The notes: a model not told the origin generated them from the letters alone. Counted from the stretch's first letter, positions 12,339 through 22,816 are shown. The stretch: 64,000 nucleotides of DNA from Chloroflexota bacterium (GCA_964291655.2 OZ219802.1:1984001-2048000), one strand, 5' to 3'. Numbers and translations: made by a program.

Positions 12339-13310
12339 TTATTGGAATTTGGAATCAGCCCGTACTTGGAATCGCCAATAGTCCAGGGTATCCAGTAAGG
12401 TCTGTTCCAGAGGAATAGTTGTACGCCAACCGGTCTGCTCCTGGAATGCGCGCGGGTCTGCTTGGAGAATCGGCAGGTCGCCGGGTCGGAAGAGCGTCGG
12501 ATCGGTCTCCACCCGCACCTCTACCTGCGTGAGGCCCAACATGACCTGCAGCATTTCGTCAATCGAACGTGCGGCGCCGGAGCCAATGGTGTAAACGGCG
12601 CCTGGAGTCCCTTTTTCCAGCGCCAGCCAATAGGCGCGAGCCATGTCACGCACGTCGGTGAAGTCGCGCTTAGCGCTCATGTTACCCACTGTTAGGTTTG
12701 GTGGGCGCAGTCCCGCCTCCATCTCCGCCAGTTCCCGCGCAAAACGGGCGATGACGAAGTCCGGCGCTTGGCGGGGTCCGATGTGGTTGAACGGACGCAC
12801 CCGCACGCTGGACAACCCGTGACTCTGCCAATATTGCAACGCCAGCATGTCCTGCCCGACCTTACTCACCGCGTACGGATCAGCGGGGCGCAAGGGCGCT
12901 GTTTCGCTGACGGGGAGGTCTTTCTCCTCCACCATACCGTAGACGTTGCTCGAACTCACCACAAGGAGTCGCGCCGCCGGCACGTGCCGCTGCATCGCCA
13001 GGATGATGTGCAGTTGTCCGAGTATGTTGGTGGTGAGGGTCGCGGCTGGGTCTTGCCACGCGGTCGGCACGTGCGCCTGGGCAGCGAGATGGAAGATCCT
13101 GTCCGGCCGGATAGCGGCAAGCGCGGCTTGCATGCCGTCTTCGTCAACGATGTTTGCACTGTGGAGTTGAATGCGATCGCCCAGGTGCACGAGATGCGGA
13201 TGCGGCCCCGGCGTGTGCGCCAAGCCCCATACGTCTGCTCCCTGCGCCACGCACACGTCCGCGAGGTGGCTGCCCGCAAAGCCGGTGATGCCGGTAATGA
13301 GTACGCGCAT
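12339..13310 (-). CDS. GDP-mannose 4,6-dehydratase / GDP-6-deoxy-mannose reductase-like extended SDR
   Basis: ITGITGFAGSHL, HLAAQ, YAVSK, RPFNHIGP, RDFTDVRD; start at MRVLITG. Confidence 0.9.
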   Translation of the reverse strand: MRVLITGITGFAGSHLADVCVAQGADVWGLAHTPGPHPHLVHLGDRIQLHSANIVDEDGMQAALAAIRPDRIFHLAAQAHVPTAWQDPAATLTTNILGQLHIILAMQRHVPAARLLVVSSSNVYGMVEEKDLPVSETAPLRPADPYAVSKVGQDMLALQYWQSHGLSSVRVRPFNHIGPRQAPDFVIARFARELAEMEAGLRPPNLTVGNMSAKRDFTDVRDMARAYWLALEKGTPGAVYTIGSGAARSIDEMLQVMLGLTQVEVRVETDPTLFRPGDLPILQADPRAFQEQTGWRTTIPLEQTLLDTLDYWRFQVRADSKFQ

Positions 13311-13440
13311 GGGGGCGACTTCTCGCATCACGTGAAGGGGTGGATTCCTGTGGCGATTATACGCGGCAATTCTTGTCCGGGGCAACCGCGCGGAGGGAGG
13401 TGAAAGCGCGCGGTGCACGTGCCGCCGCAGGCTGGCACGG

Positions 13441-13595
13441 CGTAGGTTGCAAACCTACGCTACTGGAGGGGTAGGGGCAACCACCGGGGGTTGCCCGCTG
13501 CGCATAGGTCAGAATGAACAACCGCCGCGTTCTGGATTGGCGCAGGTTGCAAACCTACGCTACCGGAGGGGTAGGGGCAACCCTTGTGGTTGCCC
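13441..13595. repeat. Two ~100-bp-period units of paired GTAG-type palindromes
   Basis: CG(T/C)AGGTTGCAAACCTACGCTAC.GGAGGGGTAGGGGCAACC...GGTTGCCC at 13441 and 13541. Confidence 0.85.
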
Positions 13596-13633
13596 TCTTC
13601 TTACCGATAGGTCAACACGTCGCTTCCAGGACT

Positions 13634-15478
13634 TTACAGCTTCTGCGCCTGGTAGAGATCGTGGAAGAGTCCCGGCTGCGCGAGCAACGTTTGGGGAGCG
13701 CCCTCTTGCACCAGTATCCCTTCATCGAGCACGAGAATCCTGTCGGCATGCATCACGGTTACCAGCCGGTGTGCCACGACAAGGGTGGTCCGGCCGCGCC
13801 GTGCCGTCTCCAAGGCGGTGCGTACCTTCTGGTCGGTGAGCGCGTCCAGTGCGGACGTCGCCTCGTCCAACAAGAGGATGCGGGGCTGTTCCAGGATTGC
13901 CCGGCAAAGCGCCAGGCGCTGACGCTCGCCGCCGGAAAGCGCCAGACCCCGCTCGCCGACCTGCGTGTCGTAGCCATCCGGCAGCGACTCGACAAATTCG
14001 TGAAGCTGCGCGGCTTTGGCGGCGGCAATGACGTGTTCTCGCGGTACGTCGCGGGACGGGTACACGAGGTTCGCATAGATGCTGTCGTTCCAAAGGAAAA
14101 CGTCTTGCGGCACGAGGCCGATCATCCCGCGCAGGTGGGAGAGCGGCAGTTCCTCAACAGGCGTACCGTCTACCAGGATCGCTCCGGTACGCGGTTCGTA
14201 GAAGCGCAGCAGGAGATCGATGACCGTACTCTTGCCACCCCCGCTCGGACCCACGACGCCGATGAATTCACCAGGTTCAACGCGAAATGACACAGCTTCC
14301 AAACCGAAACCGTCCCGGCCGTAATCGAAAGAGACATCTGAAAATTTGATGGTGGCGCCGCTTGGACAAGCTGTGTTTTGTGCGGTCACCGCATCATGTG
14401 AATCCGTTCGTGCTGAGCCCCTCGACAAGCTCAGCACAGGCCCTGTCGAAGCACGAACGGATTCGTCATTCTCGCTCGGGAGACTGAACAGCGAGTCGAT
14501 CCGCCCGGCAGCAGCTTTGGCCTGGCCGGTGCTGATGTGGCCGTCCAAGATTGCTTCCAATGCGATATAGGCGCGCGGCACGTAGATGATGAAGGCCACC
14601 AAGCCGCCAATGCTCAGCCGACCGTTAATCACCTCGTATGCGCCGTAGCCGTACACGAGTCCGACCACGACGTTTTGGATAAGGTTCAGCGGCAGCGTCA
14701 TTACCAGATTATGGAAGGTAATAGTCTTTGCTTTGATGCGCCAGTCGGCCTTGATCCACTCCAGCCACCGCGCTCTCTCATGCGGCTCCGCGGCGTGGGC
14801 GCGGATGGTGCGCATGCCGGGAATCACGTCTTGCAGGTAGCTCATGGCATGTTCTCTGCTCTGGTGCAGTTCCCCGTCCATTGCTTCCGCATAGTGCTGC
14901 ATCCGTCGTGCAAAGAGGTAGGAAAGCGGAAAGGCGATCAGGCTGACCAGCAACAAGTGGCCGTTGAGAAAGAACATGACGCCCAGCGTTCCTAGCAAGA
15001 GCACAGCGTTGGTGAACATGGGGAGCAACTCATTGCTCACGTACACCTCGCCAATTTCGCCACAGACTTTGGTTATGGTGCGAATGATGCGCCCACTTGC
15101 GATTCGCTCCAGGTCTTGCAATTTCACGTACAAAGTATGGTTGAAGAGCGTCCGCCGGAGTGACTGCGAGACCGCTTCGCCAATGTTGGCGCGCAGATAG
15201 TTTTGCACCGCCCCCAGCGCCATTGTGATCAGCGGAAAAGCAATAATGCCAATTAGCAACGGCACGATCAAGGCAACATTGCCTGTGGGAATCGCCTCGT
15301 CGATGAGGCGCTTGACGAGCAATGGAGTGACGAGACTAACGCTAGTACTCACGATAACCAGCGCGACAATGCCCGCAATCAGGTGCCAATGGGCGCGCAG
15401 TTGCCGCGTGACAACCTGGTAGGTCGAATGGTTTCGCTTGATGGTATACCCTCCTGAAATTGGTTTGCTACTCCGCGT
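13634..15478 (-). CDS. ABC exporter (fused TMD + NBD, MsbA-like); start codon uncertain
   Basis: TM region, GPSGGGKST, LSGGERQR, LLLDEATS; no ATG near the N-terminus, in-frame ACG (15478) and ATC (15442) follow strong SD motifs. Confidence 0.88.
   Translation of the reverse strand, partial: TRSSKPISGGYTIKRNHSTYQVVTRQLRAHWHLIAGIVALVIVSTSVSLVTPLLVKRLIDEAIPTGNVALIVPLLIGIIAFPLITMALGAVQNYLRANIGEAVSQSLRRTLFNHTLYVKLQDLERIASGRIIRTITKVCGEIGEVYVSNELLPMFTNAVLLLGTLGVMFFLNGHLLLVSLIAFPLSYLFARRMQHYAEAMDGELHQSREHAMSYLQDVIPGMRTIRAHAAEPHERARWLEWIKADWRIKAKTITFHNLVMTLPLNLIQNVVVGLVYGYGAYEVINGRLSIGGLVAFIIYVPRAYIALEAILDGHISTGQAKAAAGRIDSLFSLPSENDESVRASTGPVLSLSRGSARTDSHDAVTAQNTACPSGATIKFSDVSFDYGRDGFGLEAVSFRVEPGEFIGVVGPSGGGKSTVIDLLLRFYEPRTGAILVDGTPVEELPLSHLRGMIGLVPQDVFLWNDSIYANLVYPSRDVPREHVIAAAKAAQLHEFVESLPDGYDTQVGERGLALSGGERQRLALCRAILEQPRILLLDEATSALDALTDQKVRTALETARRGRTTLVVAHRLVTVMHADRILVLDEGILVQEGAPQTLLAQPGLFHDLYQAQKL
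14400..14464. repeat. REP-like palindrome in frame within the ABC exporter linker
   Basis: GAATCCGTTCGTGCT...AGCACGAACGGATTC with internal TCGACAAGCTCAG; same family as intergenic copy at ~785-820. Confidence 0.85.
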
Positions 15479-15764
15479 TAGTAAGCCCTCCTTTCGAGGA
15501 ACAACAGCGGTGGCATCGGACCGGCGACGCCGTCCGCTGCGATAAGGGTGGGTCAAGAGGCTCTGGTTGTTTCCTCATTTGGGAGGAGCGACTGCTCCTA
15601 AAGTGACGCAGCTTTACTCTCCTTTGGATGGAGCTGCTGCCCGTCGACTTTCCCCCTTCTGCCTGCGGACGTGACCGTTGTCCACTGACGTGAAGCACAC
15701 TGTTTGTCTTTGGGGCGAAGCGGCTGCTCGTCGCCAAGACCATCTTTCACCCTCTCCCTTGATG

Positions 15765-16293
15765 GAGACCTTTGCATAACCATCGCCACAGCGCGGATGT
15801 CCCCTCTCCCTCGACGGGAGAGGGCTAGGGTGAGGGTGAATCTCCTGAAGTCTCTCCATTTGCACACCGATTCTGCCCTGATACGTCTTGACACTGCCCA
15901 GCGTAAAGGGCCATCGTAGCAAAAAGACCCCCTCACCCCAACCCTCTCCCCTGTACAGACCGGGGACATAGGTAACAGTTGTTCGGGGACATGGGTTACA
16001 CATTTTACTGATTGACACCTACGAGAGCATTGGGTTGGTCCGGGTTTGATAAGAGACTGGCGACACAGTGCACTCACTTTCAGCCTGTCAGCTTGTGCCA
16101 GAGAAACAAACTGTGTGCATAAGGATATTGAGCGGATCTAACTTTCAAGGCAAGGACATCGCATACTACGAAAATCCCCTCGTTCTATGGTGTAACCTAT
16201 GTGCCCGAACATGTGTAACCCATGTACCCGGTCTATACACTCCCCCAGGAGAGGGAGTGCTCCTGCTTGAAAGTGGGGTTATGCAAAGGTCTC
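15765..16293. mobile_element. GAGACC-ended MITE containing a nested IS481-derived MITE
   Basis: TIR GAGACCTTTGCATAAC / GTTATGCAAAGGTCTC; flanking direct repeat CTTGATG (15758-15764, 16294-16300). Confidence 0.85.
15952..16239. mobile_element. 288-bp non-autonomous IS481 derivative (MITE, copy 1)
   Basis: TGT...ACA ends; right 51 bp identical to reverse complement of IS481 left end at 40147; TSD CTCCCC. Confidence 0.92.
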
Positions 16294-16490
16294 CTTGATG
16301 GGAGAGGGCGGGGGTGAGGGTGATGCGTGACGTGACAAACCCCCGTCCGGCCATTTCAGAATGCGGATTACCTAGCCCTGCGCATGGGTGCGGGGCACAA
16401 AACAGCCAGTATACGCGGCAGGCGAAATTCGTAAAGAATCCGTCCAGAAAGCCCCGTTTTGGCGGCACATGTGCGTGTGTACCGTCAAGG

Positions 16491-16499
16491 TGGTATACT
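16491..16499 (+). promoter_or_regulatory. Extended -10 promoter TGnTATACT
   Basis: TGGTATACT upstream of a short structured region and terminator. Confidence 0.5.
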
Positions 16500-16554
16500 G
16501 TTAACACGATTGAGACAAGCTGCGGTGTGTTGCAATCACTGACATGACAAAACA

Positions 16555-16590
16555 AAACACCCGGGCGATTGACCCGGGTGTTTATTCATT
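16555..16590. terminator. Bidirectional intrinsic terminator
   Basis: 11-bp stem AAACACCCGGG / CCCGGGTGTTT with A-rich and T-rich flanks. Confidence 0.8.
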
Positions 16591-16626
16591 TAACGACAGA
16601 GAGAGTGGCTGGTACTTACTTTTCCA

Positions 16627-16986
16627 TCAAGAACCGGACCCTACCGGCACCTCTTCTTGCATAACCAGATACACGGCGTCGGCCAACACGCGGTCTCGCA
16701 TGTGGGGCTTGATGCTGCGGAAGGTCGTGACGTCCACTCTACGCCCAAAGAGGTCTTCTAAGAAAAAGCAGAGGTCCATGTAGCCTACCAGCGTCAGAAA
16801 CGATTCGGCCAACTCTACCAGCACATCCACGTCACTCTGCGGAGTGGCCTCATCTCGTGCCACCGACCCATAGAGCGCGATCTTCTCTACGCCGAGACGC
16901 TTGAGTTGCGCGCGGTTTGCTGCGAGCATGCGCAGGGCGTGTGAACACGTTAGCGTTCTTGGCGACCTCTTTTTGGAGGTCATCAC
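16627..16986 (-). CDS. Minimal nucleotidyltransferase (MNT, MntA-like antitoxin), no adjacent HEPN partner
   Basis: LYGSVARDEATPQSDVDVLVE, LEDLFGRRVDV. Confidence 0.88.
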   Translation of the reverse strand: MMTSKKRSPRTLTCSHALRMLAANRAQLKRLGVEKIALYGSVARDEATPQSDVDVLVELAESFLTLVGYMDLCFFLEDLFGRRVDVTTFRSIKPHMRDRVLADAVYLVMQEEVPVGSGS

Positions 16987-17136
16987 TTACCTTCCCACAG
17001 CGTAGTAGAGACCAAACCCATTCCGCAGAGTACGTAACCGCCCTTTTCTTCCTGGCAGTTTATACTCCTGCGTTTGTCATCCTACTCAGGATAGTGTAGT
17101 AATCATACTTGAAGGATCGGAAAATCAAGCATCACA

Positions 17137-17433
17137 ATGGACGTACGCTTCGCGGACAACGCCCAAGCAAGATTGGAGACCGAACTTTCTTTTCGTGGAA
17201 AATGGCCGCGAGCGGTAGTGAGAGCGTTTCGCAAACGTATGCAGGCTATACGCGCAGCCTCCGACGAGTGGGTATTCTACCGTATGAAGTCCTTTCACTA
17301 CGAGAAATTAGCAGTCGCGCGCAGCCATCAGCACTCTATGCGCTTGAATAACCAATTCCGGCTAATAGTTGAGTATGAAGGAAAGCCGCCCAATAAGATT
17401 GTCGTAGTGATTGCGATCGAAGACTATCACTGA
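17137..17433 (+). CDS. higB: HigB/RelE family toxin (plasmid maintenance system killer)
   Basis: HYEKL...R..QHSMRLNNQFRLI, C-terminal IEDYH. Confidence 0.88.
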   Translation: MDVRFADNAQARLETELSFRGKWPRAVVRAFRKRMQAIRAASDEWVFYRMKSFHYEKLAVARSHQHSMRLNNQFRLIVEYEGKPPNKIVVVIAIEDYH

Positions 17434-17462
17434 GATAGCAGCAAAGAGGAGGGCACTATCAC

Positions 17463-17762
17463 ATGCCCAAGAGGACGGTAGCTGAGGCGTTTCCACCTGG
17501 GGAATTCATACAGGACGAACTGGAGTCTCGCGGTTGGTCGCGCACCGACCTGACAAACATCATGGGTCGTACTGCGCGCCTCATAGATGAGATCATCGCT
17601 GGCAAGCACTGCGTTTCACCGGACATAGCCAGAGAACTTGGCGATGCGTTCGGCACGGGCGCGGACTTCTGGCTGAACCTCGAAGCAGCGTATCGACGTC
17701 ATACGCCGTTGCAGACAGGGGATCATGGCAACCGCCGGCAGGAAGAGCGGCAGGTCGTGTAG
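17463..17762 (+). CDS. higA: HigA family HTH antitoxin
   Basis: AEAFPPGEFIQDELE.RGWS, FGT.ADFWLNLE. Confidence 0.88.
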   Translation: MPKRTVAEAFPPGEFIQDELESRGWSRTDLTNIMGRTARLIDEIIAGKHCVSPDIARELGDAFGTGADFWLNLEAAYRRHTPLQTGDHGNRRQEERQVV

Positions 17763-17771
17763 GCCGCGGTC

Positions 17772-20700
17772 TTATCGATGCGTTCCCACCAGCACCTTCG
17801 ATTCCAGCAGCACCTCCAGCAGCGCATCCAAGCCGTCGCGCCATTTCTCTTCCTGACGTCCCACGTGCCAGCGGACCACGTTGCGGGTCAGGCGCACGTC
17901 GCCGCCAAACTCCTTGAATACGCGCATGCGGTCGAACACGCGCTCCTCGCGGAAGCGGATCACGAGCACGTCGTCCTCGAAGGCCAGCGAGAGGATGCCG
18001 TTCTCCGCCGCGCGGGCACGAAGCCGCAAGAGCGCCAGGATGTTCTTCACCGCCGGCGGCGGGGGTCCGAACCTGTCGCGGAGTTCTTCGGCAAATGCCT
18101 CGGTATCCGCCCTGCCATTTAGCGCAGCCGCCCGTTGGTAGAGCTTCATCTTGGTGCCCACCCCGCCCACGTATTCGTCCGGTATGTAGGCGGCAAGCGG
18201 CAGGTCGACAACGGTCTCCAGGGCTTGCTCCGGCGGCAAGTCTTCTTTGGGCTTCTGGCCGAGCATGGACTGCACCGTTTGTTGGAGCATCTTCGTATAG
18301 AGGTTGAGACCCACGGCGTTCACAAAGCCGTGCTGCTCGGATCCCAGCAGGTTGCCGGCGCCGCGAATCTCCAGGTCCCGCAGCGCGATCTTGAAGCCTG
18401 CCCCCAGTTCCGTAGCTTCCATGATGGCGTCCAGCCGCTTTTCGGCCTCTTCCGAAAGTTGCTTCACCGGGTTATAAAGAAAGTAGGAATAGGCCTGCAC
18501 GTCGGCGCGGCCCACGCGTCCCCGCAATTGGTAGAGCTGCGCCAGCCCAAAGCGCCAGGCGTCATTGACGATGAGGGTGTTCACGCGCGGGATATCCAGG
18601 CCGTTCTCGATGATGGTCGTGCTGACCAGAATGTCGAACTCGCCCTGCACGAAGGCGTGCATCACCTTCTCCAGGCGGTCGGATTCCATCTGGCCGTGGC
18701 CTACCGTGACCCGCGCCGTCGGCACGAGTTCGCGCACGTGGTACGCCAGTGAATAGATAGTCTCGATGTCGTTGTGCACCATGAAGATTTGCCCGCCGCG
18801 ATTGAGTTCTCGCTGGATCGCGTCGCGGACCAGGTCGTCATTGAAGGCGGTGACGTAGGTCTTAACCGCCAGACGGTTGGGCGGCGGCGTCTCGATGACG
18901 CTCAGGTCGCGAATGCCTGCCAGCGCCATGTGCAGCGTGCGCGGGATGGGAGTCGCGGAGAGCGCCAGCACGTCCACCTGCTTGCGCAATTGCTTGAAGT
19001 GCTCTTTCTGCGCCACGCCAAAGCGCTGCTCTTCATCGACGATGACGAGCCCCAGGTCTTTGAAATCAACGTCTTTGGAGAGCAACCGGTGGGTGCCCAC
19101 GGCAATATCGAGCGTGCCTGCGCCGAGGTCTGCCAGGTGCTGCTTAATCTCTTTCGGCGTGCGGAATCTGCTCACCAGACCCACCCGCACGGGAAACGGC
19201 CGCAGGCGGCTGCTGAGAGTCTCGTAATGCTGGAGTGCGAGCACGGTAGTGGGGACCAGCACGGCGACCTGCTTACCGTCGGCCACCGCCTTGAAAGCGG
19301 CTCGGATCGCCACCTCGGTCTTGCCGAATCCCACGTCGCCGCAGATGAGGCGGTCTGTAGGTTTGGGCTGCTCCATGTCGGCCTTCACTTCGGTAATGGC
19401 TTTCTCCTGGTCCGGTGTCTCCGCGTAAGGGAAGGCCTGTTCGAGCTGCCGCTGCCAGTCGGTATCGGCGGCAAAAGCGTGTCCGGGTTCGGACTCGCGG
19501 GCAACGGCGACGTCCACGAGGTCGTGCGCCATATCCACCACCGACTGCTGTGCGCGCTGCTTGGCGCGTTGCCACTCCTGCGTGCCCAAGCGTGAAAGAT
19601 TCGGCACACGCTCCCCCATGCCGATGTACTTTTCCACCCGGTCCATGTGGTCGGTGGGCACGTAGATGCGGTCGTCGCGGGCGAACTCCAGCACCAGATA
19701 TTCGCGCTCGCCGGAAGGACCGGGCATGCGGCTGATGCCGGCAAAGCGTCCGATGCCGTGGTCCACGTGCACCACGTGGTCGCCAACCTGCAGTTCGTCC
19801 AACAGCCGCTGACCGCGCACGGAGGGCCGCAGGCGGGCCGCCGTGGGCGGCCGCTTCCAGCCGAAGATCTCGGCGTCCGAGAGCACGAGTAAGTTCGCCT
19901 GCTCGCAGCGAAGACCTTCCGCCAAAGAGAGCGGCACCACGCTGATGCTGCCCGGCGGCGGTGAACTTGGCAGGGCCTCGTAAACTATGGGTGCGAGGTC
20001 GTATTCCAGGAGAATCTCAGTAACGCGCTCAACTTGCGTTGTAGCCAGCACGACGCGCATGCCCTGCCCGCTAAACTGCGCGACGCCCTTTGCCAGCCGT
20101 CCGGGACGACCGGCGTAGACCGGCAACACGTCGAGACCGTCGGTTTCATTCTCAATTTGGTCGCGCACGTCGAGTAGGGCGTATGCGTCTATCTGCTCTT
20201 GCACCGTGGCGGACGCATGATAGGATTCCGGCCAGTCGGCGGAGAGTTCGCCACCAGCAATAAGCCGGCTCTTGCGTTCAGCGGTCTGGGCTTCCAAGGC
20301 GGAGGCCGCGTCTTGCAGGTGTGCCGCATCTTCCATAAACAGCAAGCCCTGCGGCAGGTAGTGAAGCAGATTTGAGTCGAGAAAAGGCATGGTGTAGAAC
20401 GACGCGTGCTCAAAGAACACGCCTTCTTCCAACAGGCGCAAGTGGCGCTGCCATTGTTCGCGCACTTCCGGACGCAGGCCGCTATGGTCGAGCGCGCGCA
20501 CGTCGGCGGCAAAATCGACGCTGCGCCACGTCGGCACTTCATTGGCAGGAAGGACGGAGAGAGCGGTATGCTGCGCCGTGCTCCGCTGGGTTGAGACGTC
20601 AAAGGGGCGCACCGAGTCGATCTCGTCGCCGAAGAATTCGATGCGGATGGGGTGGTCTTCCGACGGCGGGAAGATGTCCACAATGCCGCCGCGACCGGTG

Positions 20701-21248
20701 AAGGTGCCGGGCTCTTCAACTTGCGGCATGGGTTCGTAACCGAAGCGAAGCAGGCGATTCTTGAGCGCTGCCGGGTCGGTGCGCTGCCCCGGCGCCAGCA
20801 CGAGCACGTGTTCGCCCAACTCCGCCGGCGACGGCAGCCGCTCGAACAAGGCGCGTACGGAGGTGATGACTACCGGATAGTCCCCGGCAGGCAGGTTGGC
20901 GCTTTGCCCCGCCAACAACGCGCCGAGCACGGCGATGCGCGCGCTGAGCGTGCTGGAGAAGTGGGGCAGGTTTTCGTAGGGCAGGTAGTCGAGTTCCGGG
21001 TAAAAGAGCACATTGGCTGGCTGCGGCGACCACGAGCAGAGCTCCTGGTAAAAGCGGTGCGCCCGGTCGCGGTCGGCACAGAGCATAAGCAACGGCTGCG
21101 CCGCTTGCTGCTGGGCGAGGGCAGCCAGTACCGGCCGCGCCCCCGCGCGGCATGCAACCTGCTGCGAACTGCTTGCATTTAGCCAGCGCTGCGCCTTCTC
21201 CGCCCACGGCAGAGGGGCCAGGAGCGCGCGAATGCCATCAAGATTCAT
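17772..21248 (-). CDS. mfd: Transcription-repair coupling factor
   Basis: CarD/TRCF domain, [40 protein letters not shown]. Confidence 0.98.
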   Translation of the reverse strand: MNLDGIRALLAPLPWAEKAQRWLNASSSQQVACRAGARPVLAALAQQQAAQPLLMLCADRDRAHRFYQELCSWSPQPANVLFYPELDYLPYENLPHFSSTLSARIAVLGALLAGQSANLPAGDYPVVITSVRALFERLPSPAELGEHVLVLAPGQRTDPAALKNRLLRFGYEPMPQVEEPGTFTGRGGIVDIFPPSEDHPIRIEFFGDEIDSVRPFDVSTQRSTAQHTALSVLPANEVPTWRSVDFAADVRALDHSGLRPEVREQWQRHLRLLEEGVFFEHASFYTMPFLDSNLLHYLPQGLLFMEDAAHLQDAASALEAQTAERKSRLIAGGELSADWPESYHASATVQEQIDAYALLDVRDQIENETDGLDVLPVYAGRPGRLAKGVAQFSGQGMRVVLATTQVERVTEILLEYDLAPIVYEALPSSPPPGSISVVPLSLAEGLRCEQANLLVLSDAEIFGWKRPPTAARLRPSVRGQRLLDELQVGDHVVHVDHGIGRFAGISRMPGPSGEREYLVLEFARDDRIYVPTDHMDRVEKYIGMGERVPNLSRLGTQEWQRAKQRAQQSVVDMAHDLVDVAVARESEPGHAFAADTDWQRQLEQAFPYAETPDQEKAITEVKADMEQPKPTDRLICGDVGFGKTEVAIRAAFKAVADGKQVAVLVPTTVLALQHYETLSSRLRPFPVRVGLVSRFRTPKEIKQHLADLGAGTLDIAVGTHRLLSKDVDFKDLGLVIVDEEQRFGVAQKEHFKQLRKQVDVLALSATPIPRTLHMALAGIRDLSVIETPPPNRLAVKTYVTAFNDDLVRDAIQRELNRGGQIFMVHNDIETIYSLAYHVRELVPTARVTVGHGQMESDRLEKVMHAFVQGEFDILVSTTIIENGLDIPRVNTLIVNDAWRFGLAQLYQLRGRVGRADVQAYSYFLYNPVKQLSEEAEKRLDAIMEATELGAGFKIALRDLEIRGAGNLLGSEQHGFVNAVGLNLYTKMLQQTVQSMLGQKPKEDLPPEQALETVVDLPLAAYIPDEYVGGVGTKMKLYQRAAALNGRADTEAFAEELRDRFGPPPPAVKNILALLRLRARAAENGILSLAFEDDVLVIRFREERVFDRMRVFKEFGGDVRLTRNVVRWHVGRQEEKWRDGLDALLEVLLESKVLVGTHR

Positions 21249-21337
21249 CTACGCTGTTTCCTGCATCAATGCGAGGTTCCCAATGCACGTCGCAATAGCT
21301 AATCGGTATTGAGGGCGGACCGCAGGAGTTCTTGTGT

Positions 21338-21468
21338 GTGATTCCGAGCGCCTCACTTGTCACACCGAGCGCATCACTAGTCATTTCGAGCGCCTCACTT
21401 GTCACTCCAAGCGCCTCATTGGTCACTTCGAGCGCCCTATTTGTCATTTCGAGCGCAGCGAGAAATCT
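21338..21468. repeat. 21-bp tandem repeat (5 units) ending in a GTCATTTCGAGCGCAGCGAGAAATCT palindrome arm
   Basis: Units at 21338, 21359, 21380, 21401, 21422, then the full arm at 21443. Confidence 0.88.
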
Positions 21469-21633
21469 AAGAACTCCCGGCCTCAACCCAGCGATTTTGC
21501 ATTCCACGGGGCAGAAAGGCAAGGGGGCATTCGATTATAGATGATGTACAGCTTGAGTGCCACTTCCGAGTCTTCTTGCGATGTTAGTAGATATAGACGT
21601 GATAACTTGGCCGAGCTGCTTAATTGTCATTCC

Positions 21634-21874
21634 TGTAAGTGTTGAGTAATTAGTTGACAGAATTCCCTTTCCATTGTGAGGAGTTGACGCTGCATGTCAT
21701 TCCGAGCGCAGCGAGGAATCTAGAATCAATGTCGAACATGGTCCATACGGCTCAGTACTTTAGATTCCTCACTCCGCTGCGCTCCGTTCGGAATGACATG
21801 CATGCAGGCAGGCACAGAGTTCTGCTCCCAAGTTTCTTCTACCAAATCTGTCAACGAATTACCCGACATCTAGA
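21634..21874. mobile_element. MITE, TGTAAGTG-ended family (copy 2)
   Basis: Same TIRs; TSD ATTCC at 21629-21633 and 21875-21879. Confidence 0.82.
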
Positions 21875-22065
21875 ATTCCGAGCTCAGCGTCGAACCCGGT
21901 TCGCGGGATTTAAGAGTTCCTGCACTCTAGATTCTTCGTTGCTGCGCTCCTCAGAATGACAGATGAGGTGCGGCTTTGAGCGTGAGTGCGTGCGATGTGT
22001 CGCATTTCCGTACGGTGTAAGCCCAATTCTGCTAATGCTGGATTTCTCGTTACCAGGTCGACAAA

Positions 22066-22719
22066 CTACGCTTCCGGCGGCGCTGCCGGCTGCGGCTCTT
22101 TACAAGAGCTCGTCTGAGCGGCTGTCGTAGCGCGCCTATTGAAGCGCGTCATAGTCTTTTCTAGACCCTCAGTAACGAGGCTCAGCGCGGCTTCCACTGT
22201 CCGCTCTATCGTCTTTTCGATCTCAGGCTGCTCCTCTGGCAAGAAATCGCTGAGCACATGGGCAATTGGGTCCATTCCTGCCGGCGGACGTCCCACGCCG
22301 ATGCGCAGGCGCACGAATTCGCGGTGGCCCAATGCGTCAATGACTGATTCGATGCCGCGATGCCCGCCGTGGCTCCCGCCGGCGCGGAGGCGCAGACGCG
22401 CGAACTCCAGGTCTATGTCGTCGTAGACCACCGCAATGTTGTCCGATGGGATCTTATAGAACCGCGACGCTGCGGCGACAGCAGAGCCGCTAGCATTCAT
22501 GAAAGTAGTCGGTTTGAGAAGCAGCATGGCATTCCGGCCCACCATCGCTTTACCAAACCAGCCCTTAAAGCGCCGGTCCGAGACGGACACGCCGGTCTTG
22601 GCCGCAATGCGGTCGAGCACGTGAAAGCCGACGTTATGGCGGTTGGCGGCATATCTCTTCTCTGGATTGCCCAGCCCGACGATGAGCCAGCGGGTGGGGT
22701 CTTCCGGTGTCGCTGTCAT
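22066..22719 (-). CDS. pth: Peptidyl-tRNA hydrolase
   Basis: LIVGLGNP, RHNVGF, KPTTFMN.SG, GGSHGGHRG, RLRIGVGRP. Confidence 0.97.
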   Translation of the reverse strand: MTATPEDPTRWLIVGLGNPEKRYAANRHNVGFHVLDRIAAKTGVSVSDRRFKGWFGKAMVGRNAMLLLKPTTFMNASGSAVAAASRFYKIPSDNIAVVYDDIDLEFARLRLRAGGSHGGHRGIESVIDALGHREFVRLRIGVGRPPAGMDPIAHVLSDFLPEEQPEIEKTIERTVEAALSLVTEGLEKTMTRFNRRATTAAQTSSCKEPQPAAPPEA

Positions 22720-22816
22720 CTGAATACCTGGATTAGCTTTTCAATACGCATATCTTTTTGAGGATTCCCCTCACGCCCGTTTCGAGTACGGGGCAGGCTC
22801 TAACCCTCTCCCCCAG

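Noticed and set aside
21338-21468. Possible CRISPR array
   Set aside because: Contiguous 21-bp degenerate units with no unique spacers, derived from a REP arm; no cas genes in the window
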